Part shown: piece by piece, positions 1 to 9,300 of the stretch
Layout: every line of letters starts with the position of its first letter
Numbering within the stretch: the first letter of the stretch is position 1
From: a virus
Lineage: Duplodnaviria; Caudoviricetes
Reading direction: 5' to 3' (one strand)
Virus record (IMG/VR): IMGVR_UViG_3300021400_000062
Location: 1 to 64,000 of that record
Length of the DNA: 64,000 bases
Translations under genes and position numbers: made by a program
Notes under the pieces: model-generated
What the model saw: the letters and a program-made list of their open reading frames with translations, nothing else
Told to the model about the DNA's origin: nothing
The model's database searches: none

Positions 1-9
1 GAAAACAAT

Positions 10-531
10 ATGAAAGTAAAGATTAAAACATATAAACAAATGCCCGAAATTATCAAAAAGGGTGATTGGATTGACTTGTATACAGAAGAAGATGTAAATA
101 TGGCTGGACCATTTGCAGAAACTCTTCACAAGAGAAAATCCGGTGATGTTGTTTTAAAATCAAGGGATGTAATATTTGACAACAAAATGATTTCTCTTGG
201 TGTAGCAATGCAACTTCCAAAGGGGTTTGAGGCTGTTGTGCTACCAAGAAGTTCAACATATAAGAAATATGGAATTATTCTTGCAAACTCTCAAGGCGTA
301 ATAGATAATAGTTATTGTGGTAATGAAGATAAGTGGTATTTCTCGGCAATAGCACTTAGAAAAACATCAATACCTGCTGGAACAAGGATAGCACAATTTA
401 GAATACAACTTTCACAAAAGGCAACATTCTGGCAGAAGATTAAATGGTTGTTTTCAAGTAAGATTAAGCTTGTTCAAGTAAATAACCTTTCTGATAAAAA
501 TAGGGGTGGGTTTGGTAGCACGGGAGAGTAG
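10..531 (+). CDS. dut: Trimeric dUTPase
   Basis: Five dUTPase motifs: DWIDL, PRSS, GVIDNSYCG, RIAQ, C-terminal RGGFGSTG. Confidence 0.93.
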   Translation: MKVKIKTYKQMPEIIKKGDWIDLYTEEDVNMAGPFAETLHKRKSGDVVLKSRDVIFDNKMISLGVAMQLPKGFEAVVLPRSSTYKKYGIILANSQGVIDNSYCGNEDKWYFSAIALRKTSIPAGTRIAQFRIQLSQKATFWQKIKWLFSSKIKLVQVNNLSDKNRGGFGSTGE

Positions 532-533
532 AT

Positions 534-1031
534 ATGAGTATTGTTTTAATTATATGTTTGTGTGGGATACTGCTTGTTGGTATCATTTGGATGGTTGTTA
601 ATTATTGGACACATAGAATTAAAACTAAAGTTTCTTTTAAAAACTCTATTGATAAATCCGCGCTTGTAATAATACCACTTACGAACAATGGTAAAAAGCT
701 GAATTTTGTTGTTGATTCAGGAAGTACATGTAATGTGTTGAATCTCAAAGCTCTTGATGGTCTTGATATCGAACACCTGAATTTTGATGTAAGTAAAATT
801 GAAAGTATTTCTGTCAGTGGAAGGATGGACACACAGAAAGTGATTTCAATGAAACTTGAAAATGAGCAAGAAGTTTTCTTTGAGACATTCTTTGTAATGG
901 ATATAACAGATTCTCTTGAATGGAGCAAAGAAGAATATGGTGAAGAAGTTCATGGTATTCTTGGTGTAGATTTCCTTACACATTATGGAAAGGTTCTTGA
1001 TTTTGACAACTGTATAATTTATTCAAGATAA
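534..1031 (+). CDS. Retropepsin-like aspartyl protease with N-terminal TM anchor
   Basis: FVVDSGST catalytic motif, C-terminal HGILGVDFL motif, hydrophobic residues 1-25. Confidence 0.85.
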   Translation: MSIVLIICLCGILLVGIIWMVVNYWTHRIKTKVSFKNSIDKSALVIIPLTNNGKKLNFVVDSGSTCNVLNLKALDGLDIEHLNFDVSKIESISVSGRMDTQKVISMKLENEQEVFFETFFVMDITDSLEWSKEEYGEEVHGILGVDFLTHYGKVLDFDNCIIYSR

Positions 1032-1036
1032 ATAGT

Positions 1037-3064
1037 ATGATTATCAATGGAAAACAGGCTCTTGCCTACGATTTGAAAGTATACAGAAATGCAATAGTTT
1101 GCACATTCCTTGACACAGAGTCTGATGATGTTGAAGTCTACGAAGTTTCTGAAAGAATAAACCAGATAAATGATATAGTCGGGATATTTTTATCTCCCGA
1201 CTATATTTTTGCTGGTTATAACACAATACATTATAGCATACCTGTACTCAATTTCATTATTGACAACTATAGGACAATGCCAGATGATTGGTGGCATATA
1301 TGTGTTGCTGTATATGATATAAGCAGGATTGTAGCAAAGTCAATAACATCAGAAGATTTTGAAGCATGGAAGCAATATAAACACACAAGACATTTTCTTA
1401 CTGTTGACCTATGCACACTTATAGCTCCAAAGAAAAGCAGGGTTGGTTTAAGAGAGGTTCAGATAACATCAAACTTTACTTGGGCTGAAGATTTCTACAA
1501 GTCTTATGATGAAAGGCTCGAACAAGATGATATTGAAAAGCTTAAAGAGTATAGTCTTCATGATGCAAAAAGTGTAAGATATATCCTCTACAAGCTTGAA
1601 GATAAGATTAGATTGAGAGAGCAGGCATCAAAGAGGTATAATATCAACCTGTTGAGCAAGGATGATGTTGGAATGGGGCTTGAAATTCTTAAGAAACTGT
1701 ATCTTGAAAGAGCTTGTCTTGAATGGTCTGATATAAAAGACAAGAAGTCTCCACAAGATGTTATTGCATTAAAAGATTGTGTTCTACCATTTCTTGAGTT
1801 TAAGTCTGGTGTTCTGAATAATCTTCTGAAAGAGATAAAGGAAACAACAGTAAATATAAATGACAAGAAACAATATGAAAAGCACTTCCTACTGAATGAT
1901 GGTTTCCAGAATGATATGGAAGTATCTTTTGGCGTTGGTGGTCTTCATAGCATAGTTGGCAGGGATGTGGTTGTGCCAAAAGATAATGAAAAGCTTATAT
2001 ATGCTGATGTAAGAAGCATGTATCCATCTTTTATATTGTCTTATGGTGTTGTTCCAAAGCATATAAACAAGACTGCATTCTTGTATGTATTCAAGCAGAT
2101 ATGGGATGAAAGATTGAAAGCCAAGGATTCTGGAGATATTATAACAAGTAAAACACTTAAGAATGTGCTCAATTCTGCAATAGGAAACTATCGAGTATAT
2201 CAAAGCTGGTTGTATGGACCACTATATGCTATGCAGGTAAATATTTCGTGTCAGCTATTTATTCTAAAACTCGCAGAAATGCTTATAAGTTCTGGATGTA
2301 AGCTTGTGCAAATAAATACCGATGGTATAATATTCTTGGTGAATAAAGATTTTGATTATAAACATAAGGTGCTGGATGTGTGGGAAGGCTTAACCTGCTT
2401 GTCGCTTGATGTTGAAGAATTCCAGAAGATATACCAGTATGATATAAACAACTATCTTGCAATAAGAAAAGATGGAACATTAAAAGCTATTGGCATATTC
2501 TCTCAAGAACAGAATATTGGCAAGGGTATGAAGCCAAAGATAATAGCAAAAGCTGTAGATGAGTATCTTATCAATGGTGTTGATGTAGAAAAAACAATAA
2601 AAGAATCTAAAGAGCTAACCGACTTTCTTACATATCAAAAGGTTGACAGCCAATATTATGTTGAGTATAACGATAAGACTATTCAAAGAATAAACAGATA
2701 CTATGCTGCGACTGATGGTTGTTATCTATACAAAGGAAAAGTAGATAATATCAATGTTGTTCAAATGGTTATTGTTCACTTCAAAGATAATACATATAAG
2801 CGCGTTCCAAAACCACAGATAGAGCCCGGTGGAGAATATTTTAACAATCCAGAAGTATCCTACTTTGAATATAATGCTGGATGGGATAAAATGAACTCAA
2901 AAGGTAGTAAATATGAACATATGTTCAAGGCTTCTGGTGTTAAAATAGCAAATGATTTGTCAAACTATATAACATTCCCCGGTAATATCAACTATATGTA
3001 TTATATTGGTGAAGCAAAAAAGATTATTTCAGAGCTTGAAAACAGACAGTTAAGTTTATTTTAA
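1037..3064 (+). CDS. polB: Family B DNA polymerase (crAss-type); exonuclease motifs degenerate
   Basis: Motif A YADVRSMYPS, motif B KNVLNSAIG, motif C QINTDG; C-terminal QLSLF clamp-binding-like motif. Confidence 0.9.
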   Translation: MIINGKQALAYDLKVYRNAIVCTFLDTESDDVEVYEVSERINQINDIVGIFLSPDYIFAGYNTIHYSIPVLNFIIDNYRTMPDDWWHICVAVYDISRIVAKSITSEDFEAWKQYKHTRHFLTVDLCTLIAPKKSRVGLREVQITSNFTWAEDFYKSYDERLEQDDIEKLKEYSLHDAKSVRYILYKLEDKIRLREQASKRYNINLLSKDDVGMGLEILKKLYLERACLEWSDIKDKKSPQDVIALKDCVLPFLEFKSGVLNNLLKEIKETTVNINDKKQYEKHFLLNDGFQNDMEVSFGVGGLHSIVGRDVVVPKDNEKLIYADVRSMYPSFILSYGVVPKHINKTAFLYVFKQIWDERLKAKDSGDIITSKTLKNVLNSAIGNYRVYQSWLYGPLYAMQVNISCQLFILKLAEMLISSGCKLVQINTDGIIFLVNKDFDYKHKVLDVWEGLTCLSLDVEEFQKIYQYDINNYLAIRKDGTLKAIGIFSQEQNIGKGMKPKIIAKAVDEYLINGVDVEKTIKESKELTDFLTYQKVDSQYYVEYNDKTIQRINRYYAATDGCYLYKGKVDNINVVQMVIVHFKDNTYKRVPKPQIEPGGEYFNNPEVSYFEYNAGWDKMNSKGSKYEHMFKASGVKIANDLSNYITFPGNINYMYYIGEAKKIISELENRQLSLF

Positions 3065-3065
3065 C

Positions 3066-3073
3066 TATATTTG
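3066..3073 (+). promoter_or_regulatory. Bacteroidota sigma-A -7 element upstream of groEL
   Basis: TATATTTG matches TAnnTTTG, 24 nt before ATG 3098; no clear -33 element. Confidence 0.45.
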
Positions 3074-3097
3074 CAGAAAGGAGAAGAAATAAACAAT

Positions 3098-4594
3098 ATG
3101 ATTCTACAAGGAAAAGAGATAAGGTCGAAACTCAAGGAAGGAGTAGACCTTATTACAGATGCTGTAAAGGTTACACTTGGCCCAAAAGGAAGGAATGTTA
3201 TACTTTACGATGGCTCTGACAATGCCTATCTTACAAAAGATGGTATTTCTGTAGCAAGCAGGGTGTATAGTGAAGACCCCGCAATTAATGCTGCAATAAA
3301 AATTGTAATGGAAGCATCAGAAAAAACAGCAAGAGATGCTGGAGATGGAACCACAACCTCCCTCATACTTGCACAGGCCCTTTTTAATGAGGGGTTGAAG
3401 GCTCTTGATAATGGAGTAAGTATAGTTGATATCAGAAAACACTATTCAGATTTTCTTGAAAAAGCAAACAGCTACCTCAAAAACAATGCAAGAAATCTTG
3501 ACTATACTTATGATAATGCAAAGTATATAGCATATATATCTGCAAACAATGATGAAGATATAGCAAAGATTGTTGCTGAAGCTTACAGCAAGGTTGGAAA
3601 AGAAGGCTCTGTAATAGTGGAGCAATATGATGAACCATATACAAAGGTTGAATATATAGAGGGTTCGAGATATAAGATTGGCATTGCAAGCAAGGACTTT
3701 TATAGTAGCAAGAGAAAGAATGAAGCGCAGTATAGTGATGCTTATGTACTACTGTATAATAATGATATAAAAAGTATTGATGAGATAAAGTATGCTCTTG
3801 TAAAACCGGCTGAACAGAAGAAACCAATTGTTATAATTGCAAATGATTTTAGTGAGATTTGCTTGTCTCAGCTATATACTAACTATATTAAAGGTGTTGT
3901 AAATGTTCTGCCCATAAAATCCATAGGTTCTTCATATCACCGTAGAGACCTGTTCAATGATATTCAGTCAATAACCGGAGGTAAGATTTATGAGTCAAGA
4001 CCAACATCAACAGATGTTGATTTTGGCAAGCTTGACAAGATTAAATCAACGCTTATTGAAACAGTTCTTTACAATGCTACTCCAAGACAAAAGTATATAG
4101 AGTATCTTGATATTCTCAAAGAGAATATGGAAAATGAGAAGGCTGCACCAATAAAAGAGTTGTTGAGGCAAAGAATTTCAAGTCTTAATGGTAATATAGC
4201 AACAATCTATGTCGGTGGTACTACAACGGTAGAGCAGAAGGAAAGATATGATAGAATTGAAGATGCTGTTTGTGCTGTAAAGGTTGCTTTTGAGGAAGGT
4301 GTTATAGATGGTGGTGGCTCTACACTTGTAAGGATGGCAAGAGAAATATGTGATTATGATGAAATCAAGAATGCTCTTTATGCTCCATTTAACCAACTTT
4401 GCACTAACTCTTACGGCAGGATTGAGCTTGTAGATAAAGTAACAGACACTCTTGGATGGAACTTCCTTACTGATACTCAAGAAAATCTTTCAGAATCAAG
4501 TGTAATAGACCCTGTTAAAGTGGTAAGGCTTTCCATTGAAAACTCTATGTCTGTTGCGCTTCAACTATTAACAACGGAGGCTTTGGTATGTTAG
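3098..4594 (+). CDS. groEL: Phage chaperonin GroEL
   Basis: TLGPKGRNV, TKDG, AGDGTTT, EDAV, DPVKVV motifs; ATG 3098 preferred over TTG 3071. Confidence 0.95.
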   Translation: MILQGKEIRSKLKEGVDLITDAVKVTLGPKGRNVILYDGSDNAYLTKDGISVASRVYSEDPAINAAIKIVMEASEKTARDAGDGTTTSLILAQALFNEGLKALDNGVSIVDIRKHYSDFLEKANSYLKNNARNLDYTYDNAKYIAYISANNDEDIAKIVAEAYSKVGKEGSVIVEQYDEPYTKVEYIEGSRYKIGIASKDFYSSKRKNEAQYSDAYVLLYNNDIKSIDEIKYALVKPAEQKKPIVIIANDFSEICLSQLYTNYIKGVVNVLPIKSIGSSYHRRDLFNDIQSITGGKIYESRPTSTDVDFGKLDKIKSTLIETVLYNATPRQKYIEYLDILKENMENEKAAPIKELLRQRISSLNGNIATIYVGGTTTVEQKERYDRIEDAVCAVKVAFEEGVIDGGGSTLVRMAREICDYDEIKNALYAPFNQLCTNSYGRIELVDKVTDTLGWNFLTDTQENLSESSVIDPVKVVRLSIENSMSVALQLLTTEALVC

Positions 4595-4884
4595 GTTCAT
4601 TCAAAGAAACTGATGAAAGAAAATATCTTTCAGAACAAGAAAATCCAGAAGAAGAAGTAAATGTTTGTGTGAGCATCACATTGCATAAGAACTTTAAGGT
4701 TAAGGTAAAGGATTACAGGATAGTTGATGAATGGATAGATGAGGATGGCAACTATAATGTAGAGAGAGACTTTTCTGAATGCAACCTTTATGATTCTACA
4801 TATGACCAGTTTTCTGAAGATGTAAAGAACTTAGAATCAAATGGTTGGTGCAGTGATGAAACAGAAATAATACTTGATAGATAA
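4588..4884 (+). CDS. Acidic hypothetical protein
   Basis: 98-aa ORF overlapping the groEL stop in a tight operon. Confidence 0.65.
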   Translation: MLGSFKETDERKYLSEQENPEEEVNVCVSITLHKNFKVKVKDYRIVDEWIDEDGNYNVERDFSECNLYDSTYDQFSEDVKNLESNGWCSDETEIILDR

Positions 4885-4885
4885 T

Positions 4886-5089
4886 ATGGATGCTATACAA
4901 AATGCAAGTCTGGGCTATATATTTCGTTGGCCAGATTATCAACAGTATGAAGACCTTCCAAATTTTAACGAGCATTCATACTATTCGTGTGATTTAACCA
5001 ACCAAATAGTTGTGATAGAAAAAGATTGGCTTGATGCAGCTATTAAGAGAGAAGAAGATAAGAAATATGCTGGTTTTTGGGATATGTAA
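4886..5089 (+). CDS. Hypothetical protein
   Basis: 67-aa ORF filling the operon gap; ATG 1 nt after the previous stop. Confidence 0.55.
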   Translation: MDAIQNASLGYIFRWPDYQQYEDLPNFNEHSYYSCDLTNQIVVIEKDWLDAAIKREEDKKYAGFWDM

Positions 5090-5091
5090 TT

Positions 5092-5661
5092 ATGCTTGAA
5101 GTAAGTAATGTAAAAGTCTATGACCTCGAAGAGAGTGTTATAGCTTGCAGGAACTCAATGAGGACAGAGCTTCCTGAATATACTGTAGATGAATTTACAG
5201 ATTCTCTTGTAAGGGCCTGCAAGCTAGCCCCTCTTGATGGTGGCCATAACAACTTTCTCTCCGGTATAAGGGTTTCATTTGACCTCAAATATCCAAACTA
5301 TATCTCACCTGAATTACAGAGATACCACTTTCTTGATATTGTAAACTCGGCAAGCAAGATGCATAAGATAATGAAGATGGATTTTGACAAGTGCTGTAAT
5401 AAATATGTTAATGAGTTTACAATATATAATATGAAAGCGCTTATAGCAGATTATAATATAGACCAGTCTTATGAGAACTTTATGAAGGTGATATCAAATT
5501 GCCCGCAGGGTATAGAGTTGTTTATGAGGTGTTCAACAAACTATTTGCAATTAAGGAATATATATAAGCAAAGAAGGTCTCATAAGTTAAAAGAAGATTG
5601 GGGTGCTTTCTGTAAGTTTATAGAAGAACTTCCTTATGCAACCGATTTTATATTGTGTTAA
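5092..5661 (+). CDS. Divergent ThyX-like (flavin-dependent thymidylate synthase fold) protein
   Basis: GHNNFL..I.VSFD, ELQRYHF...SASKMH and TNYLQLRNIYKQRR..KL.EDW resemble phage Thy1/ThyX-like proteins; canonical RHR motif altered. Confidence 0.6.
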   Translation: MLEVSNVKVYDLEESVIACRNSMRTELPEYTVDEFTDSLVRACKLAPLDGGHNNFLSGIRVSFDLKYPNYISPELQRYHFLDIVNSASKMHKIMKMDFDKCCNKYVNEFTIYNMKALIADYNIDQSYENFMKVISNCPQGIELFMRCSTNYLQLRNIYKQRRSHKLKEDWGAFCKFIEELPYATDFILC

Positions 5662-5663
5662 TT

Positions 5664-6218
5664 ATGAACTACATACAGAAATTTTTCGGACACCTATATA
5701 CAATATTCAAACACAAATATTGGGTATTCTATTACTCGGTAAAATGTGGTATTCCTTGGCGTGGGTTAGTTCACGACCTATCAAAGTTCTCTCCTGTCGA
5801 GTTCTTTGAGAGTGTAAAGTATTTCACAGGTAACGGAAGTCCGATAAATGCAGCAAAGAAAGATAAAGGATACTCAAAAGCTTGGTTTCATCATAGGGGG
5901 AGAAACAAACACCATTATGAATATTGGGTGGATTGGCTCGATAGTGGTGGTATTCCAGTAAAGATACCATATAAGTATGTTATAGAAATGGTATGTGATT
6001 ATCTTTCTGCTGGAAGAACTTATAGGAAAGGAGAGTTTTCATACAAGTCTGAATACGAGTGGTGGAAAGTAAGAAGAGATAGTGCTAAAATGCATGATGG
6101 TGTAAAGAAATTGCTTGAACATATATTCTTTTCATTAACATGTATTGATGAGTCTGTCGTGTTTGGCAGAATAAAAGATGGCTGGTATAAAAGATTGTAT
6201 GATATTTTTATGTTATAG
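5664..6218 (+). CDS. HD-superfamily phosphohydrolase (DUF5662-like)
   Basis: HK...HDLSKFSP...AWFHH.GRNKHHYEYW...EMVCD pattern. Confidence 0.75.
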   Translation: MNYIQKFFGHLYTIFKHKYWVFYYSVKCGIPWRGLVHDLSKFSPVEFFESVKYFTGNGSPINAAKKDKGYSKAWFHHRGRNKHHYEYWVDWLDSGGIPVKIPYKYVIEMVCDYLSAGRTYRKGEFSYKSEYEWWKVRRDSAKMHDGVKKLLEHIFFSLTCIDESVVFGRIKDGWYKRLYDIFML

Positions 6219-6257
6219 CTACTACTTTTAGCCAATACTATTTAGTTAACTATTTTT

Positions 6258-6300
6258 TAAGGGGTGATAGACTTTGGTCTATTACCCCTTATTTTTTTTT
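6258..6300 (+). terminator. Intrinsic terminator
   Basis: TAAGGGGTGATAGAC-TTTG-GTCTATTACCCCTTA hairpin followed by T9. Confidence 0.9.
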
Positions 6301-6332
6301 ATAACACAGGACGCTTTAAGATTTATATTTCT

Positions 6333-6340
6333 TATATTTG
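6333..6340 (+). promoter_or_regulatory. Sigma-A -7 element upstream of the virion RNAP gene
   Basis: TATATTTG between the terminator and ATG 6370. Confidence 0.55.
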
Positions 6341-6369
6341 CTTGTTAATTATAAACTTATCTTAATATT

Positions 6370-9300
6370 ATGGCTTGTATAATTAGAGACAAAAGCTTTA
6401 ATCAAATTGTTGATATACTTGATATTCATCCTGATTCTCTTGAAGAAATAATAAAAGAATGGAGAAAGGATATTAAAGCAAGACAAGATGCTTTCCCATC
6501 TATTGATTACATAAGAGAACAGATATCAGCAAAAGATAATTTTGTTGAAGACCACCTTCTTGAAAAAGCCACAAAAATTTGGCAAGAAAAGTTTTCACAG
6601 CCAGCTATATTTGATAGTAGGGAAGATGCTGAAACATATAAAGAAGGTGCTAATAAGTTTTTTGTTCAGGACGCAAGCTATATAAAGAGAACAAAGGATG
6701 GTAAGTATGAGGTTACTGTTTCTGAGCCACAAGAAACCCTTGAATCAATAGAAAAAGAAATGCAGTCCATAAAAGATGCCGCCGAAAAGAACGGTACTTT
6801 TATGAAAGCACCTAATGGCAAAGATACAAATCTTACAGAAAGGCAATGGCTACAGGTTAGAACCAAGAACTTTAAGAATTGGTTTGGTGATTGGGAAAAG
6901 CAATTTGTTGTATATCAGGGAAGGAAATCAAACAAAGATGGTAGAAAATTCAATTACTATACGATAGATAAGAACGAAGCATCAAGATATGGTAATAATT
7001 TAGAATCCAAAACCATTGATACTACTGGTATGCTTAGTTATTTCAGCAATGAATACACTAAGCTAAGTCAAGAGTTTTATGAAAAAACAGGTAAAAGATT
7101 TGATATTCTTGACAATTCAGAAGATGGGTTGCAGACACAAAATGAATTCTTTGAATTTATACAGTCTGAAGGATATACAGGATTTGAATCATTAAGTGAG
7201 CACCCTTATCTTGGTAAGGATTTTATTGAGAATCCATATATTGTTGAGTTTGATAATCACGAAGATTCTAAATCTATCTCTAAAGTAGTTGATGAGAACG
7301 GTGAACCACTGGTTGTTTATCATGGAAGTATGTATGAAAACGATTCTACCAAGTATGGAAACTGGTCAAATAATACTTTGTCATATGCTACATATTTTTC
7401 TCCAAAAAAATATGGTAGAGCCACCAATTATTATGCCGCTTTTTTAAATATAAAAAATCTTCTTGTTACTGATTTAGATTTAATTCAAGAAGGAATACAA
7501 GACGAATCAAATTTTAAAAAATATATAGCTGAAAGAAACTATGATGGCGCTATTTCTGAAGACGGTTCAGAAATAATTGTGACAAATCCAAACCAAATAA
7601 AATCTGCCACAGAAAATAGAGGAACATTCTCTACAGAAGATAATAATATATATAGTGAAGGTGAAATTGTTCCAAGTTCTGGAGAAAGAGATACAAGGCT
7701 ACGGGGACTTTGGGATAAAAACAAGACAGAAGAAACAAAGATGACGGAATTATTGTCTCTGATAGATGAAAATTCAGAATTTTCTGGTATAATTGACCTG
7801 CTGAAAACAAAGAAAGATGGAAGAAAATCTCTTTTGTCAGATGTAAAAGTAAAGGTTGTTGATACAGATGTAATAAAAACAAGAAAGAATGATTTTGGTG
7901 GAAGAAGAGCTTATTATAATGCATCCGAAAAAACAATATATATAGATTCTTCTGCACAATATGCCAACGGGAATGCAGATTCTGTTATTCTGCACGAAGT
8001 AATGCACGCTATTACTGTAAATAGAATACTTGGTAATAGTAAATTTAGAGCAGAGTTTGATAAGATTATAGATGAGTATAACAATAATTTCAGAAACTAT
8101 AGATATAGAAAAACAACTATTGCAGGAAAAGAGAATGCTCATTACATGGAAGAATTTATTGCTGATATTTGGAGCAATAGGAATACAATAGAAAATCTTA
8201 AATCCATAAAGACAAATGATAATCTTACATTGTGGGATAAGATAAAGAATTTCTTTACAAGAATATTTGCTGGTTCAAACGGAACACTTATGGCAAAAGC
8301 ATCTGATGCCATATATAGATTGCTTGATGAACCGGAAATAACAAGGAGCAGGGATAAGTATTATGAAAACGAGCGGTTTAGTGAAAGACAGAATATTGCA
8401 GAGCAAGAAAGGCAATATATAACAGAGAGGATAGAATTCTCCAATGAAGACTATTCAAAACTCCCACAAAATGAAAAGGCGGAATTTTATAACGCTATTG
8501 TTGATTTTGAGAATGGTGATTATAAAGATGTTAATGTTAAATATAGCGAGCTGAAAAAGTACGATAAAGATGGGTTATTATCAAAAGTGTTGAGTTCATT
8601 ATATAACCTTGATGGTATAGATAGATATGACAAGAAAACAAGCTCTGTATCTATGCCAGAACCGATATTTAAGTTATATAAACTTGTATCGAGAAATAAG
8701 GAACTATTTGATTCTTTTGGTAATAAAAATGGTGACATATCTTATATAATTGAAGATTTGCTTTCAGAAAGCTTGGGGGTTATGTACTCCTACGAAGACT
8801 CAAGGCAAGGAAAATTGTTTGATGAAAATGGCAAGCCTGTAAAGTTTGTAGAAAATAGACAAGATGCAGAAGAAAATAATATACCGCAGGCTATAAGAAA
8901 GACAAATGAGGGTTATGTAAAACAGTCTGCAAAGTTTAACAGGGAGGTTGACAATCTTCTTGATGGGACACTTGTGTCTCCACTTGAAGTAAGAGATGTT
9001 GCTGTTCAGGTAGCATATAAGATACATGATATAATAGGAGACCTCATAGATAATCCAGATAAGATTTTCACAGAAGAAAAGTTTGGCAAGCAGGATGAAA
9101 AGAATATAGAAGAAGCAAAGAAGAGAATTGCTGGAATGAGCCATAAAGAGCTTGTTCAATATATAGGTGCAAGAAACCTTCTTAATTACGTGAGAGCTCA
9201 AATGTTTGAATTACCACAAGGTAATTGGACTTTTGATATGTTTGACCAAGCAGACCTCTATGCTGCAAACTTTGATGCTCTTATTAAAATAGGAATGTCA

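Noticed and set aside
10-3064. Retrovirus-like dUTPase-protease-polymerase gene order
   Set aside because: The polymerase is family B, not a reverse transcriptase. The genes are separate ORFs with no frameshift signal, so the order looks coincidental.
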